From Chiloscyllium plagiosum (Eukaryota): 64,000 nt of DNA. The DNA is taken from NCBI RefSeq assembly GCF_004010195.1, contig NC_057718.1, positions 39,291,143-39,355,142 of the forward strand, read 5' to 3'. Under the pieces are notes generated by a model. That model was not told the DNA's origin. It was given only the letters and a program-made list of their open reading frames with translations, and ran no database searches. Shown here piece by piece: positions 13,831 to 25,793 of this stretch. How positions within the stretch are numbered: the first letter of the stretch is position 1; every line of letters starts with the position of its first letter. The position numbers and the translations under genes were made by a program.

Positions 13831-14949
13831 AAAGACAAATGTTATGTTTGTATAAATAAGCAATTTACATTAGGGGTATTTTTGAGTTTGCAATACAGTT
13901 GCAGGCAGACTGCAGCGGTTCAAGAAGACAGCTCACCACTATCTTATCAAGGGCAACTAGGGACAGGCAATGAGTGTTGACCAGCCAGTGACACCCACAT
14001 CCCACAAAAAAAAGATTAAATAAAAGAAAAATAGCAAGTCAGCACTCTGCTTTACATTTCTTTTGATTTCTAAATCCATTGAAGCATTAGTCTGGTCGCT
14101 GCCTGCATTCTAACAAGGAGAACATTTACAATTATATCATTCACAGCAAAGTATTTTATACCCCTACAACACTGTGAGCATTTTAGTCAGGCAATTCTCA
14201 TTGCGCAATGATGACTAAGTAAGCAGCATGGCATTCTGGAAATTGCAAATGCTAGTAAGTACCAGTACAAAATCTGTACTGCAGGAACAGGCATCTTCTA
14301 CCATAACTACAGCAGGAGATCAGTGAAATCCTGGAGAAACAGCATGATCAAGCCACAGTCAACACTTCACAAAGGGGTTTTTATGATTTCTCATTGCGAA
14401 AATTTATTTCATTTTTCATTAATTCTACATGGTTCCAATTTAGTCAACAAACCTTGGGAATTAAGTACATGACAGCACCAACTCAAAAGCATGGAACCCA
14501 ATTGATGAAGAACACGATGATTTCTTTCCTATTGTCTATCTTCTCAAATGACACATCATGTGGTATTTTCCCAGATAACCATTCCTGATACCTTGTGGGA
14601 CTTGCCACCTCAGGCAGTATGTTGTATTGGGTGACATTGTTTTAACCAACAGTTGTCGGTCTTTGCTTTGTCTTGGGCCTATCTATCGATTAGTGATAAA
14701 GGATGCATCACTATACAGTATTTACAGAAGCTGCAATCTTCTTGGACAGCAAGATAATTTACTGCAATTGCAATAAATACAACCAGGTTAGATATAATTA
14801 CAAGGAACCTAGGGAGCCAGTACACATAAATCTGTTATTCATAAAGCTATCTCCACACTGACCATGTGACAGCAGTAAAATGATGAAGCCAATGAAACAT
14901 CAAAACCGCTTCTGAGCCATTACGTTAAGTAACATCTCATTCCAAGCTT

Positions 14950-17280
14950 TTTTTTACCCCAGTAGTTAAACCATTCTACAATCATGTATATAATTATACG
15001 ACATTTACTAATATACCAACAGCCTCAAGTCTCTGACCTCACAAATGTCCTTAATTTCATTCCTGGAAGACAGTTGCTCCACTGAACTAAGTATTTGCTT
15101 TCTTATGATGTTCTGGAATAGGCTGTTGTTTTCTAATTGGAATAGGTAGTAGTAGTGGCTCTTTTTTTTTTGCAGTTTCTTGGATGCATCTACCAGGCTT
15201 TTCTTGATCATATCTTGGATCAATGGGATGTTGGTCTGGCTCCCTTGGAGTTTATATCTCCCTAAAGTTGTTGATCATACTAGATGTCTTCAATCACCCA
15301 TTGTCGTCCTTGCTTGAGCAGTGAAGGAAACCTTTCCATACTTTCAATCATGTTAATGAAAGATTGCTACTCTCTCAACACTATCCCAGTCACTGGCTTT
15401 GAATGTCTCATTTTAGAAGACAAAGAACTGAACTCTTCCTTCATTCCTGTGAAATCTATCCCTTCCTCCATTTTGCTAATATTAAACAGCTCTCTATGCC
15501 AACATTAGCAATCTCACTCAATTCTTTCGTCAGTTTGGTTTCTATTATGAGTCTGGGAAGTCCAGTGAAGTCTTTTGCTGGTTACTTTTGACTGACTGGT
15601 CAATATCAGTCTGTTCATGGACCAGTGTTTGAACAGCTGTTTACTTCTGGGCCAGCTGTTCTCTAGGAGGTTCCCGACTCCTTTAACTCTTCTGATGAAG
15701 CTCAGGTCGAGACACGTAAGCAGACTCAAAAGTGAAGTCGGTTATGTGAAAATCTTAAAAATTCTCATCTCTTATTAACATTGTTATTGTAATATAACTT
15801 TTTGCATTCCAATGCTTCTGTCACTTATTTCACCAGGTAGTCCTATGAGGAAAGGCTGCAACTCTGCTTCTTTAGTCACAGTTACTGGTTTGATAGAATA
15901 GGAACATTTGCTCCTGTACCAACAGCATATCCAGTGGTAGAAACAAAAACAAAAGTTGCTGGAAAAATTCAGCAGGTCTAGCAGTGTTTGTAGACAGAAA
16001 GTAGAGTTAACATTTCAGGTCCAGTGACCCTTTTTTTTTGTCCAATGGCAGAAACAAGTTCTGGCTCTTCTGGCTTGTCTAGTTTAGCTATTTCTCCTGG
16101 GAATGCCTGAGGAATCTTTTCCAATGGAGGTATTTTGTCAAATCTAGTTATAGTTTACAATGATGATGAGCATTCTACTGAATAGACCTTTTTATGTGTG
16201 TGATCATGAATACTCCACTATTCTGAAACTTATGTCTAATCTTCTGCATATCATCTGAAAGTGACCTACAACTTAAAAAATATTAATTCCCTCAGTGACA
16301 ATTGGACATCATCAATGTCTATAAGTCCTATTGCACCACAGTAGTTAGACTGCATTTTTGCAACTCGTTGATACCTGTGTACAGAAGGTTACATGCATCT
16401 CTAAAGTATCCATTCCTTTATAAAAGTAAGATGCTATGTTATCAGCTTTAGGTAATGTTGTTCTTCTCATTTCAGGATCTGTCCACGTCTTCTTGGCTTC
16501 TGATTTCATCACAATTTGAATAGCTTTCTTCAAAGTCAAATCTGCTTTGGATTGTTAAAAGATCTGACAAAGTTTTATCAAAAGTTTGAAGAACAGTTCT
16601 GTCAGTTAGGAATTCTGTTATAAGGGTTCTAGATTCAATTTTCCAGTCATTTGAGGAGATCATTAATGACCACATTCATATAGCTCCATAAGTCAAACTT
16701 TTCTCCGAAATCTTGCTCATGCGAAAATGTTCTTAAATTGAAGTAATTACCAAAAGCTCCAAGAACACCTTCAAAAGTGTCTATATTCTCCTTGATGTAT
16801 TTCTCTGTTAATAACACCATCCATAACTGAACCCACTGAATATAATAATTGCTCAGTTTCAGTTTTATTGTTTAATTTTAAGGCAATATGTATCTTAAGA
16901 ATTGTTTTTCCATGGAGTTCAATCAATATGCTGACCTCTGATCTTGAATGTACTGGCAAGTATGATATATTTTTCCTTTTCCCCTCAAGGTGGCGATTCT
17001 TTTTATTACTGAAAAGGTATTTCAAATGTGAACAATTTCAATATTGATTTAAATCTACTTATTGTTTAAGACATGATGCTAGTTTTAAATTGAATGACAA
17101 TAGAGTTTGCTAAACTCTGCATCACAACAGTGCTGCAGTATTTCCTTTCTTTGCCCGTCTCTTTAACGCTTTTACTATATTGAATTCTTCAATAAATCTT
17201 CAAGTTGTATTATGGGTTGTTCTGTCGCAATTAATTGCTTTCAAGCTTTTCAAATTTGATTTTTTTGTAATATTTCCTCA
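14950..17280 (-). mobile_element. Second decayed Gypsy (Mag-like) LTR retrotransposon
   Basis: Gag remnants LKLNNKTETEQLLYSVG (ORF 16771-17025) and TLKKAIQIVMKSE (16345-16539); remnant of an integrase Zn-finger region near 15160-15230. Resembles the element at 2030-5027. Confidence 0.65.
15940..16032. mobile_element. Penelope-derived terminal-repeat fragment
   Basis: Matches the left arm of the palindrome at 30121-30213. Confidence 0.65.
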
Positions 17281-17320
17281 CCATTTTCAGGGTTTTATCA
17301 AAATGGCAGCTACCCACTTC

Positions 17321-17644
17321 TCATGATTCGGAGATGCCGGTGTTGGACTGGGGTGTACAAAGTTAAAAATCACATAACACCAGGTTATAGTCCAACAGGT
17401 TTAATTGGAAGCACACTAGCTTTCGGAGCGACGCTCCTTCATCAGGTGATTGTGGAGGGCTCGATCGTAACACAGAATTTATAGCAAAAATTTGTAGTGT
17501 GATGTAACTGAAATTATACATTGAAGAATTGATTGTCTGTTAAGCCTTCATGAATGAAGAAGGGCTCATGCCCGAAACATCGGTTCTCCTGCTCCTTGGA
17601 TGCTGCCTGACCTGCTGCGCTTTTCCAGCAACACAATTTCAAGC
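17321..17644. mobile_element. Two abutting Penelope-derived terminal repeats, each with a hammerhead-like motif
   Basis: 17321-17547 is a well-preserved, CpG-retaining repeat homologous to 41178-41292. 17554-17644 is homologous to the right arm at 43147-43234. Confidence 0.8.
17412..17450 (-). ncRNA. Putative minimal type-I hammerhead ribozyme motif (PLE-associated)
   Basis: Minus strand: CAC-CUGAUGA-A-GGAGC-GUC-GCUCC-GAAA-GC-UA-GUG. Intact core, perfect 5 bp helix II, palindromic AGCU helix III, CAC/GUG helix I. Confidence 0.65.
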
Positions 17645-18194
17645 CACACAATTAGCCTCACAATCATTGTAAAAGTGTTGATCCATACTGAAGTGCAAAG
17701 AAAATTGATGCAATTGTTTAAAAAAGGTATTTTTTGTGCAGCTGGCCACTGAGTGTTTCAAATATAATTAGAGCAGTTTAAATCTACAATTAACACAATA
17801 AACTGAACATGTTATAGACGCTTTGGCTCTATAACTTCTAAGACTGCAACCAGCTGCTCCTTTCCCATCTATCAAATACGATTAACAGAGGAGATTAGGC
17901 AGAGCATAGATAGTTGACCAGTAGCTCTCCTATCTGTCTCTTTTCTTTTGCTTCTTCGCTGGTTTCATATCTCTTCAAATGGTAGGGGACACCAACAGAA
18001 ATCTCTTCACACTTCATCTTAACATTGCAAAGCCTGTTGGTAATGTGGCTTTCATCAAACAAAAACCCTGCAGGATGAATGGCTCCCAAGCCGAAAAAAT
18101 AGATCAGAGTTACAGTGGCTTGACAGTGTTGGGAGCAAAGTCTAACCATGTTGTTCCCCTGATACGAGTACAAATTACTCAACCTCTTCACAGT

Positions 18195-18710
18195 ATTCCA
18201 GACGTGGTATGACTAGTGCCTTGTATAGTTTCAGCAAAACCTCCCTATTTTTATACTGTCCAGGTCGTTCTGCTATACATGCATTTTCTTAATGCAGATT
18301 TGCGATAACGCAATTGACAAATTGGGGACACTGTTTCTCTTGCATGAACTTTTAACACGTGTTGGTTATAATGCAATTCTGGCCCCATTATTTTAAACGG
18401 TGCTGCTGTTACACGATTTTCTTATAACACGAGATTGCACGAGAACGGAATTACCATTTTACAGCAGAACTTCACTTGAAATAAAGGCAAACATCCCATT
18501 TGCTTTCCTTATTACCCAATGAGATTGGATATTAGCTTCTTGTGACTCTTAGACAAGGACTCCCAAATTCCTCTCTTCCAATAGTTTTCTGCAGGTTTTT
18601 CTCCATTTAAATAATATTTAGCTCCTCTGTCCTTTGTGCCAAACTGCATAACCTCACATTTTCACAAATTATAATCTGCCATGCCTTTGCCCACTCGCTT
18701 AAACTGTAAA
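18195..18710 (-). mobile_element. Decayed CR1 RT fragment interrupted by a MITE
   Basis: cagtattccagacgtggt..., atcccatttgctttcctt... and aactgcataacctcacatttt are reverse-complement CR1 RT signatures. Confidence 0.65.
18261..18472. mobile_element. MITE (probably Tc1/mariner-pogo type)
   Basis: Imperfect terminal inverted repeats caggtcgttctgctata ... tacagcagaactt around a CpG-containing interior of about 210 bp; interrupts a CR1 fragment. Confidence 0.6.
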
Positions 18711-18740
18711 TTGGTTGTTTGTACAGCTATTAGCACAAGG

Positions 18741-19085
18741 GGAGGCGATGGCCTAGTGATACTATTGCTGGACTGTTAATCTAGAGACCCAGGTAATGTT
18801 CTTGCGACTGAGGTTTGAATCCCACCACAGCAAGTAGTAGAATTTGAATTCAATAAAATCTGGAATTAAGAATCTACTGATGACCATGAAACCATTGTCG
18901 ATGGTCAGAAAAATCCATCTGGTTCACTAATGCACTTTAGGAAAGGAAACTGCCATCATTACCTGTTTGGCCTACATGACTCCAGACTCTCAGCAATGAC
19001 CCAACAGACTCTTAACTGCCCTTTGGGATAGGCAATAAATGCTGGCCTATCCAGCGATGCCCCCATCCCATGAATGAATAAAAAT
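18741..19085 (+). mobile_element. SacSINE1/Deu-type SINE, full length
   Basis: tRNA-like head ggaggcgatggcctagtg...ggtttgaatcccacc; tail ggcaataaatgctggcc...catcccatgaatgaataaaa shared with CR1-clade LINE ends in the window. Confidence 0.7.
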
Positions 19086-20493
19086 ATATTCAGGGTTGTT
19101 CTGGAAATGCTGCTAAATCTCAGAATTACACCCAACAAATGGACACATCTTCCTGCCTATCAGCATTTTGTCTACTTTATCTAAAATACTCTCGTGTTAC
19201 AAAGAACTGAAGGAGCATGCAAATTGTAGTTGTTCAGAAGAGTACAGTTAGAATGACAAATCAAATGTCACTATTGAATTAAAGAAAATTAATATTTCAT
19301 ACAGTTAGAATATTAGAACCAAATGGTTGGTTTAAACAGAATACTAAAGATATTAGGGAATAACAGCTGTAACTGAATAACAGTTATACGGGAAGCACAC
19401 TGGGTATGGACTCACTGTGACAGAATGTAAGTGAACACAGTTTGTAACAGCTACTTGTTAATGTGACAGCTCACCCTCCAGGCAGTGAGATAACTTTAAC
19501 TGCTCATTATTTCTTTGTGGTACTGTTTCTCTTCCCTGTGCATCATTTTTTCCATGCATCTAAGTTGGCTACATTGATTTCCTTAATCATTCATATCAGT
19601 CATTAATCTACTGTATATATTTATTTTGATCACCAACAATTAACCATGTATTCTTTTCTAAGGAAAAGAACATTTTTATTTTAAGAAATATTGTACCACG
19701 AGAAGGGTTTTCCCAGCACTGGGATGTCAGGTTGTGATAGCAGGAAGATAGGAAAATAGCAGAGGAAGTGGGAAGCATGCAGATCAATTGCATGCTGATA
19801 CTGAAATGAGCACGAATACAGGTAATTAAGGTGCCAAATCAGGCACATCTTCCTGCCTATCAGCATTATGTCTACTTTCTCTAAATGCTGCCAGCTTTGG
19901 CTCCCAGAGGTTCCTTACATCAAAGAGGGCTCCATGATGAGGCAACACATACTTGCAGCCCCAGTAATCCACTGGAGGAGGTTCCTCCAATTGGAACCCG
20001 TCCAGTCAGCCTGGTCTGAGTATTGATTTTTAAATTATCTCTCTATGGGTGCTGCCACATAAAGGTGCCAAATTCCAATTAACCTCAGCAGCGCCTGTCT
20101 CTGCTAATGGGGCTGCTAAGCCTCTAGAGCTGCCAGCCTTCTATGCATATTGGGTGCCTACTCACCATCTTAAATAGATGGCAAAAATGGAAGCAGACCA
20201 TTAGGTTTAATAGGTCCTCCGGTCTGACTGTCAGTTAGGTTTGGGTCTTCCATTTGTCCCCATTGTCAGGGTCTGAAAACCAGTGGGAAATATTGAGGTA
20301 TAGGAGTCAGAATGTCAGACATAACACACATGGGTCAATTCATTGATCTGATAATCAATTCTTGTGCAACAGTGCAAATCTGATATAATTACATACAAGG
20401 TCAGTAGATACCTGGATGTACCTGCAAGTCCCATTCCAAGCCATACACTACTCTGACTTGGAATTAGGTGTGGTTCAAGAAGGCTGTTCACCT

Positions 20494-21297
20494 TCATTTT
20501 CAATAAGCTAAAACGAATTACTGATGGATGAGACCATGAACTAATTTATTGTTTCGACAATCTGGAAGAGTCTATCACTAGCCAATTATGGTTGTCCAGG
20601 GCATTAGGGATGGGCAATAAATGCTGGACCAGCCAGCGATGCCCACAACCTGTGAAATAATAAAACAAATTAAACTTACCTCATTCATGTTTGGACATTC
20701 ATATTAGTTAAGGAGCAACATTAAAACACAGCAACATAGCTAATTAAAATACAACATTGGATAATGTTTTTGTTCATATTTTCAACAGGCAGTCCTACAT
20801 TTCAGACAATCAGAACAATTCAGAAAATAGCAAAAGGGCAGATCTTTCTTTTTGCACTTCACAACGCTCTTTAATGAGTGGTACTGCATAGGGGATATCA
20901 GACAAAGGTTATTCCAGTGCCCTGCAGAGACAGAGATAATGAGATGGTAGTACCATCCTCAGGACTTGCATGGTTTATGAGTGGACAGAGTAGCAGGACA
21001 ACTTGCCTTCAAGCAAACTTCATTTGCTTATTCAACAGTAAAAGTGGCTTCAAGACATAGTTGGAGAGAAAATTAAAGTACATGTTCTTCAATGATAAAA
21101 GGCTTCATTATAAATAAACAATTTCTGTAATTATGTTTGTGAACCTGTGTAAAAAATTAATTCTGCTTAAATCAGTGGAATAAAATTTGGACATGTGCTA
21201 TAATTGGCTAGTGATTGGATCCTCAAGTATAAATTGAAACTATAAATTAGTTCATGGTCTCGTGCATCAGTAATTAGTTTTAGCTTATAGAAAATGA
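20494..21297. repeat. Inverted repeat pair of about 96 bp (20494-20589 / 21200-21297)
   Basis: tcattttcaataagctaaaacgaattactgatggatgagaccatgaactaatttat...atcactagccaattat is the reverse complement, with scattered mismatches, of ataattggctagtgat...ataaattagttcatggtctcgtgcatcagtaattagttttagcttatagaaaatga. Confidence 0.9.
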
Positions 21298-21309
21298 TTT
21301 TTAAAATTG

Positions 21310-21860
21310 CAGGATGACTAAACTATCAAATAGGGAACAGAATATAATTGTTCTTGATGATCATGGTATATGTCATTGATTTAGACTTGTGTGGGGGACC
21401 TAAGAGAGATGTTTGCAGATCAGCAGATCAAACAAAAATTGGTTATGTCATTGATAGTGAGGAAGAAAACATTTAATTGTTGGAAGACATCAATGAAGTT
21501 ATGTGGCTGAAAAGAGAAAACTGGAATTCAATCCAAAGACATGCCAGGTAATTCTTTGGAGGAGATCAAACAAGGAAGGGAATACACAATGATGTAAATG
21601 TGGTAAATGGTCAGACACTGATATATATATATATATATATATATACAGCAGCAGATTATCTTATGTCTGCTACATTCCTCTGAAAGTAGCAGAACAGCTT
21701 GGTAAGATGGTTACAATAACATATAGAATACTTATCAGCTGAAATATTAGAGTTACCCTGGAGCTATATAAAGCACTAGTTAATCCATAGCTAGCCATTC
21801 TGTTCACCACTTTACAGGAAGGATGCAATCGCATTATAGAAGATACAGGGAAAAGTTAAG
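21310..21860 (+). mobile_element. Highly decayed CR1 RT fragment
   Basis: Remnant ...FAD...TKIG...DSEE motifs and downstream ORF2 signatures. Confidence 0.55.
21621..21645. repeat. (AT)n microsatellite
   Basis: About 12 AT units read directly. Confidence 0.95.
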
Positions 21861-22319
21861 TTCAATGTTGATACACAAATAGAAGTGGTGGAACTCAATC
21901 TGGAATAGAAAGCTAATGACAATGATGGTGACCATGACAAATATCAATGATTACCGTAATAACAAACATGTTTACAAATATTCTTTAGGGAAGAAAATTT
22001 GCCATCCTTACTTGGTCTGACTTACACGTGACCCCAGAGCAATGTGTATGATTCTTAACCATCCTCTGAAATGGTCTAGCAAGCCATTCTGCTCAGGAGC
22101 AATTAGGAAAAGGCATCAAGTGTTGGACTGAGCAGTGACATTCACAGTCCATGAAAGAATATTATGATTGTTATCTTTGCAACAAAGGAACCTGATGGAA
22201 AATTTAACTGAGATGTATCAAATTATGAATGGCCAGGACTTCTGAGTGGATCAAATAGACTTATTTCAAGAAGTCAGTAACCGGGAGACAAAGATTGAAA
22301 GAGCTTGGTCCAAGAATTA

Positions 22320-23235
22320 TAATTAGTAAGTTTGCAGATGACACCAAAATTGGAGGTGTAGTGGATAGCAAAGAAGGTTACCTCAGATTACAACGGGATC
22401 TTGATCAGATGGGCCAATGGGCTGAGGATTGGCAGATGGAGTTTAATTTAGATAAATGTGAGGTGCTGAATTTTGGGAAAGCAAATCGGAGCAGGACTTA
22501 TACACGTAATGGTAAGGTCCTAGGGAGTGTTGTTGAATAAAGGGACCTTGGAGTGCAGGTTCATAGCTCATTGAAAGTGGAGTCGCAGGTCGATAGTGAA
22601 GGTGGCGTTTGGTATGCTTTCCTTTATTGGTCAGAGTATTGGGTGCAGGAGTTGGGAGGTCATGCTGTGGCTGTACAGGACGTTGGTTAGGAATATTGCA
22701 TGCAATTCTGGTCTCCTTCCTATTGGAAAGATGTTTTGAAACTTGAAAGGGTTCAGAAAAGATTTACAAGGTTGTTGCCAGGGTTGGAGGATTTGGGTTA
22801 TAGGGAGAGGTTGAATACGCTAGGGCTATTTTCCTGGGAGCATCGGAGGCTGAGGGGTGACCTTATAGATGTTTATAAAATCATAACGGGCATGGATAGG
22901 ATAAATTGACAAAGTCTCTTCCATGGGGTGGGGGAGTCCAGAACTAGAGGGCACAGGTTTAGGGTGAGAGGGGAAAGATATAAAAGAGACTTCGGGGGCA
23001 ACTTTTTCATGCAGAGGTGGTACGTGTATGGAATGAGCTGCCAGAGGAAATGGTGGAGACTAGTACAATTGCAACATTTAAAAAGGCATCTGGATGGGTA
23101 ATATGAATAGGAAGGGTTTGGATGGATATGGGCCAGGTGCTGCCAGATGGGACTAGATTGGGTTGGGGTATCAGGTCGGCATGGATGAGTTGGACTGAAG
23201 GGTCTGTTTCCTACTGTACATCTCTATGACTCTAA
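22320..23235 (+). mobile_element. 5'-truncated young HER1/CR1 LINE
   Basis: SKFADDTKIGGVVDSKEGYLRLQRDLDQMGQWAE and QFWSPSY...RLRGDLI; tail tctctatgactcta; closely similar to 56710-57637. Confidence 0.95.
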
Positions 23236-23911
23236 GTAGAAAAAGGTGAGGATAGTTGATTTTTTACCCAGAATACATTGAGAATCCAGAACACTGTTTG
23301 AAAGCCTCATGGTAATTTTTAAAAACTAAAATAAGCTGGGCGAGATGAAGTCCCATTGTCTACAAAGGTACTGACAAGTGGTGCAAAGTGGAATTAGGTT
23401 TGGAAGTATTTTCCTGGATGACACAGACAAATATCCTCCTCCTGTGCTGATACTATGCAATTAACAGAACAGAAGGCCATTTGGCCGATCTTAACTATGC
23501 CAGCCAAGAAAACACTTACCAACTTAATTCCACTTTCCGGCTCTTAATTATCTCCTTGAAGGTAAAACACTTCAAGTGCAGGATGAATCTGAACTTGCCA
23601 GTTATAGCCCCATCAATCTACTTTGAATCATCAACTAGGTCTTGGACAATGTCCTTGACAGTTCAATTGAGCAGCACTTACTCAGCAACAGACAGTTCAC
23701 TGATGCTTTGTTTGGGTTCTGCAAGGGATGATTCAAATCAAGATATTAATCAGTACTTGGAATAAACACAGACAAAAGAGCTAAATTCCAGAGATGAGGC
23801 AAGAGAAAATGTCCTTAACATGAAAGGAGTATGAGAGTGGGTGTGGTATCTATGAGTCCTCGCACAAATGAAAATTGAGGGAATGTGCTCCACTGAGTGG
23901 AGTCATACATT

Positions 23912-24210
23912 TTTAGATTAGGTTAGATTCCCTACAGCGTGGAAACAGGCCCTTTGGCCCAACCAGTCCACACCGACCCTCTGAAGAGTAACCCACCCAG
24001 ACCCATTTCTCTCTGGCTAATGCACCGAACACTATGGACAATTTAGCATGGTCAATTCACCTAACCTGCACATCTTTGGACTGTGGGAGGAAACCCACAC
24101 AGACACGGGGAGAATGTGCAAACTCCACACAGTCGTCCGAGGCTGAAATTGAACCTGGACCCTGGCATTGTGAGGCAGCAGTACTAACCACTGAGCCATC
24201 ATGCTGCCCC
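23912..24210 (-). mobile_element. HE1-type V-SINE
   Basis: (ttaga)n tail on the left, V-domain, tRNA head on the right. Confidence 0.9.
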
Positions 24211-24229
24211 AATAACACTAAAGAAGATA

Positions 24230-25170
24230 GCTGAGGTTGCTGGGATCAAACATCATAGTTCCAGGACATCACTTCAGGAGTTTCTAAAGGTTTCATCGGA
24301 GGCTAGTTCACCTTCAGCTGTTTCAGCAATAGCCATCCTCCATTAATGTCAGATGTGTGGAAATTGAAACAAATACTGAAGCCATCTATGCTCACATGCA
24401 CCAAGACCTAGAAAGGATTCAGACTATGACTAACAAGTGGCAAGTAACATTTGTTAAGTGTCAGGCAAAGGCAATCTCCAATGATAGAATCTATAAATTC
24501 AATGTCATTATCATTGCTTAATACTCCATCATCAACATTATGAGAGTTACTATTGACAAGCAGCTGAATTGGACCAATCAGAGAAATACCACTTCGACAA
24601 GAGCAGGTCAGAGGCTGGCAATTCTGTGGCAAGTAGTTTTCTTCCTAACTCTCCAAAGTCTGTGCACCATCTACAAGCCACAAGTCAGCAAAGTGGTGAC
24701 ATACTCCCTGCTTGCCAGCAATGCACACATCAACACCACCAAAGAAGTGCAACACCATCCAGAAAGCAGCCTGTTTGATTAGTACTCTTTGCATCATCTT
24801 AAACATTCACTTTTTCACCATCAGTATGCAGTGACAATAGTATATACCATCTACATGATGCATGCAGCAACTTGCCAACCCTCCTTTGATAGCATCTTCC
24901 AAACTCTCGACTTCTACAACTTAGGACAAAAGCAATAAACACTTGGAAGCATTACCATCCATAAGATCACCTCTAAGTAGCAATCCATCCTGACTGGATT
25001 TCTTCATTGTCACTAGCTTAAAATTCTGAAGCAACTTCCCTAACTGCATTGAGGATATACCTACATCACATAACTGCAATGGCTGAACAAAGCATTTCAC
25101 CATCTTACTCCCAGGGGCAATTTAATGTGGGTAGGAAATGCTGGCCTGCACAACAATGTTCATATCATAA
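24230..25170 (+). mobile_element. Decayed CR1-clade LINE 3' fragment
   Basis: VTIDKQLNW...RAGQRL...LCTIYKPQV (ORF 24540-24782); same family as 9600-10770. Confidence 0.75.
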
Positions 25171-25793
25171 GACTATATGAAGCTAAAAAGGACTGTTCCA
25201 TGAAGCAATCATTTTTGGCTGTTCCTGTTCCATTAAATTTATTTAGTCTCATCTCAATGCTAATTACTTTCCTCCATGCACAACCTTTGCCAATCTACAG
25301 TTGAAACTCTTCCGGGACACCCTGTCACTTTAACAAATCCCAGTTTTCCTGGTCTTAATCACTTCATTTTAATCATGACTAAAAAATCCCTCTGCACATC
25401 CATATCCTCTCAGGATAGTTTTTAGGCCTTCTGCTTTATCCATAAAAAGCAGACCAAATAATTCCCAGATCTCAGCTCCCTCTTCTGCCTTGCTGAACAA
25501 CTTCTCGCATTGAGCATTTTATCCTTCATTTCATTTTTCCTTAAGTATGTTTCTACTATATTAATATTATTTCTGCCATCTCTTGTTCAATTCTTCAAAG
25601 ACCACTTTATTTATTTTCCTATTGGTTATGTATTGACATTTCTCCCTCCCCTTGTTTTATACCTTTTCAAAATCTATTCACTTGTAATGCCAAACACTAA
25701 TGATGAAGAGCCTAGAACATTTTTGTTCTTTTCTCTCCATAGAATCTGACTGACCTTTCCATTGTTTTCTGTTGTTGCAGGTTACTATGATAC

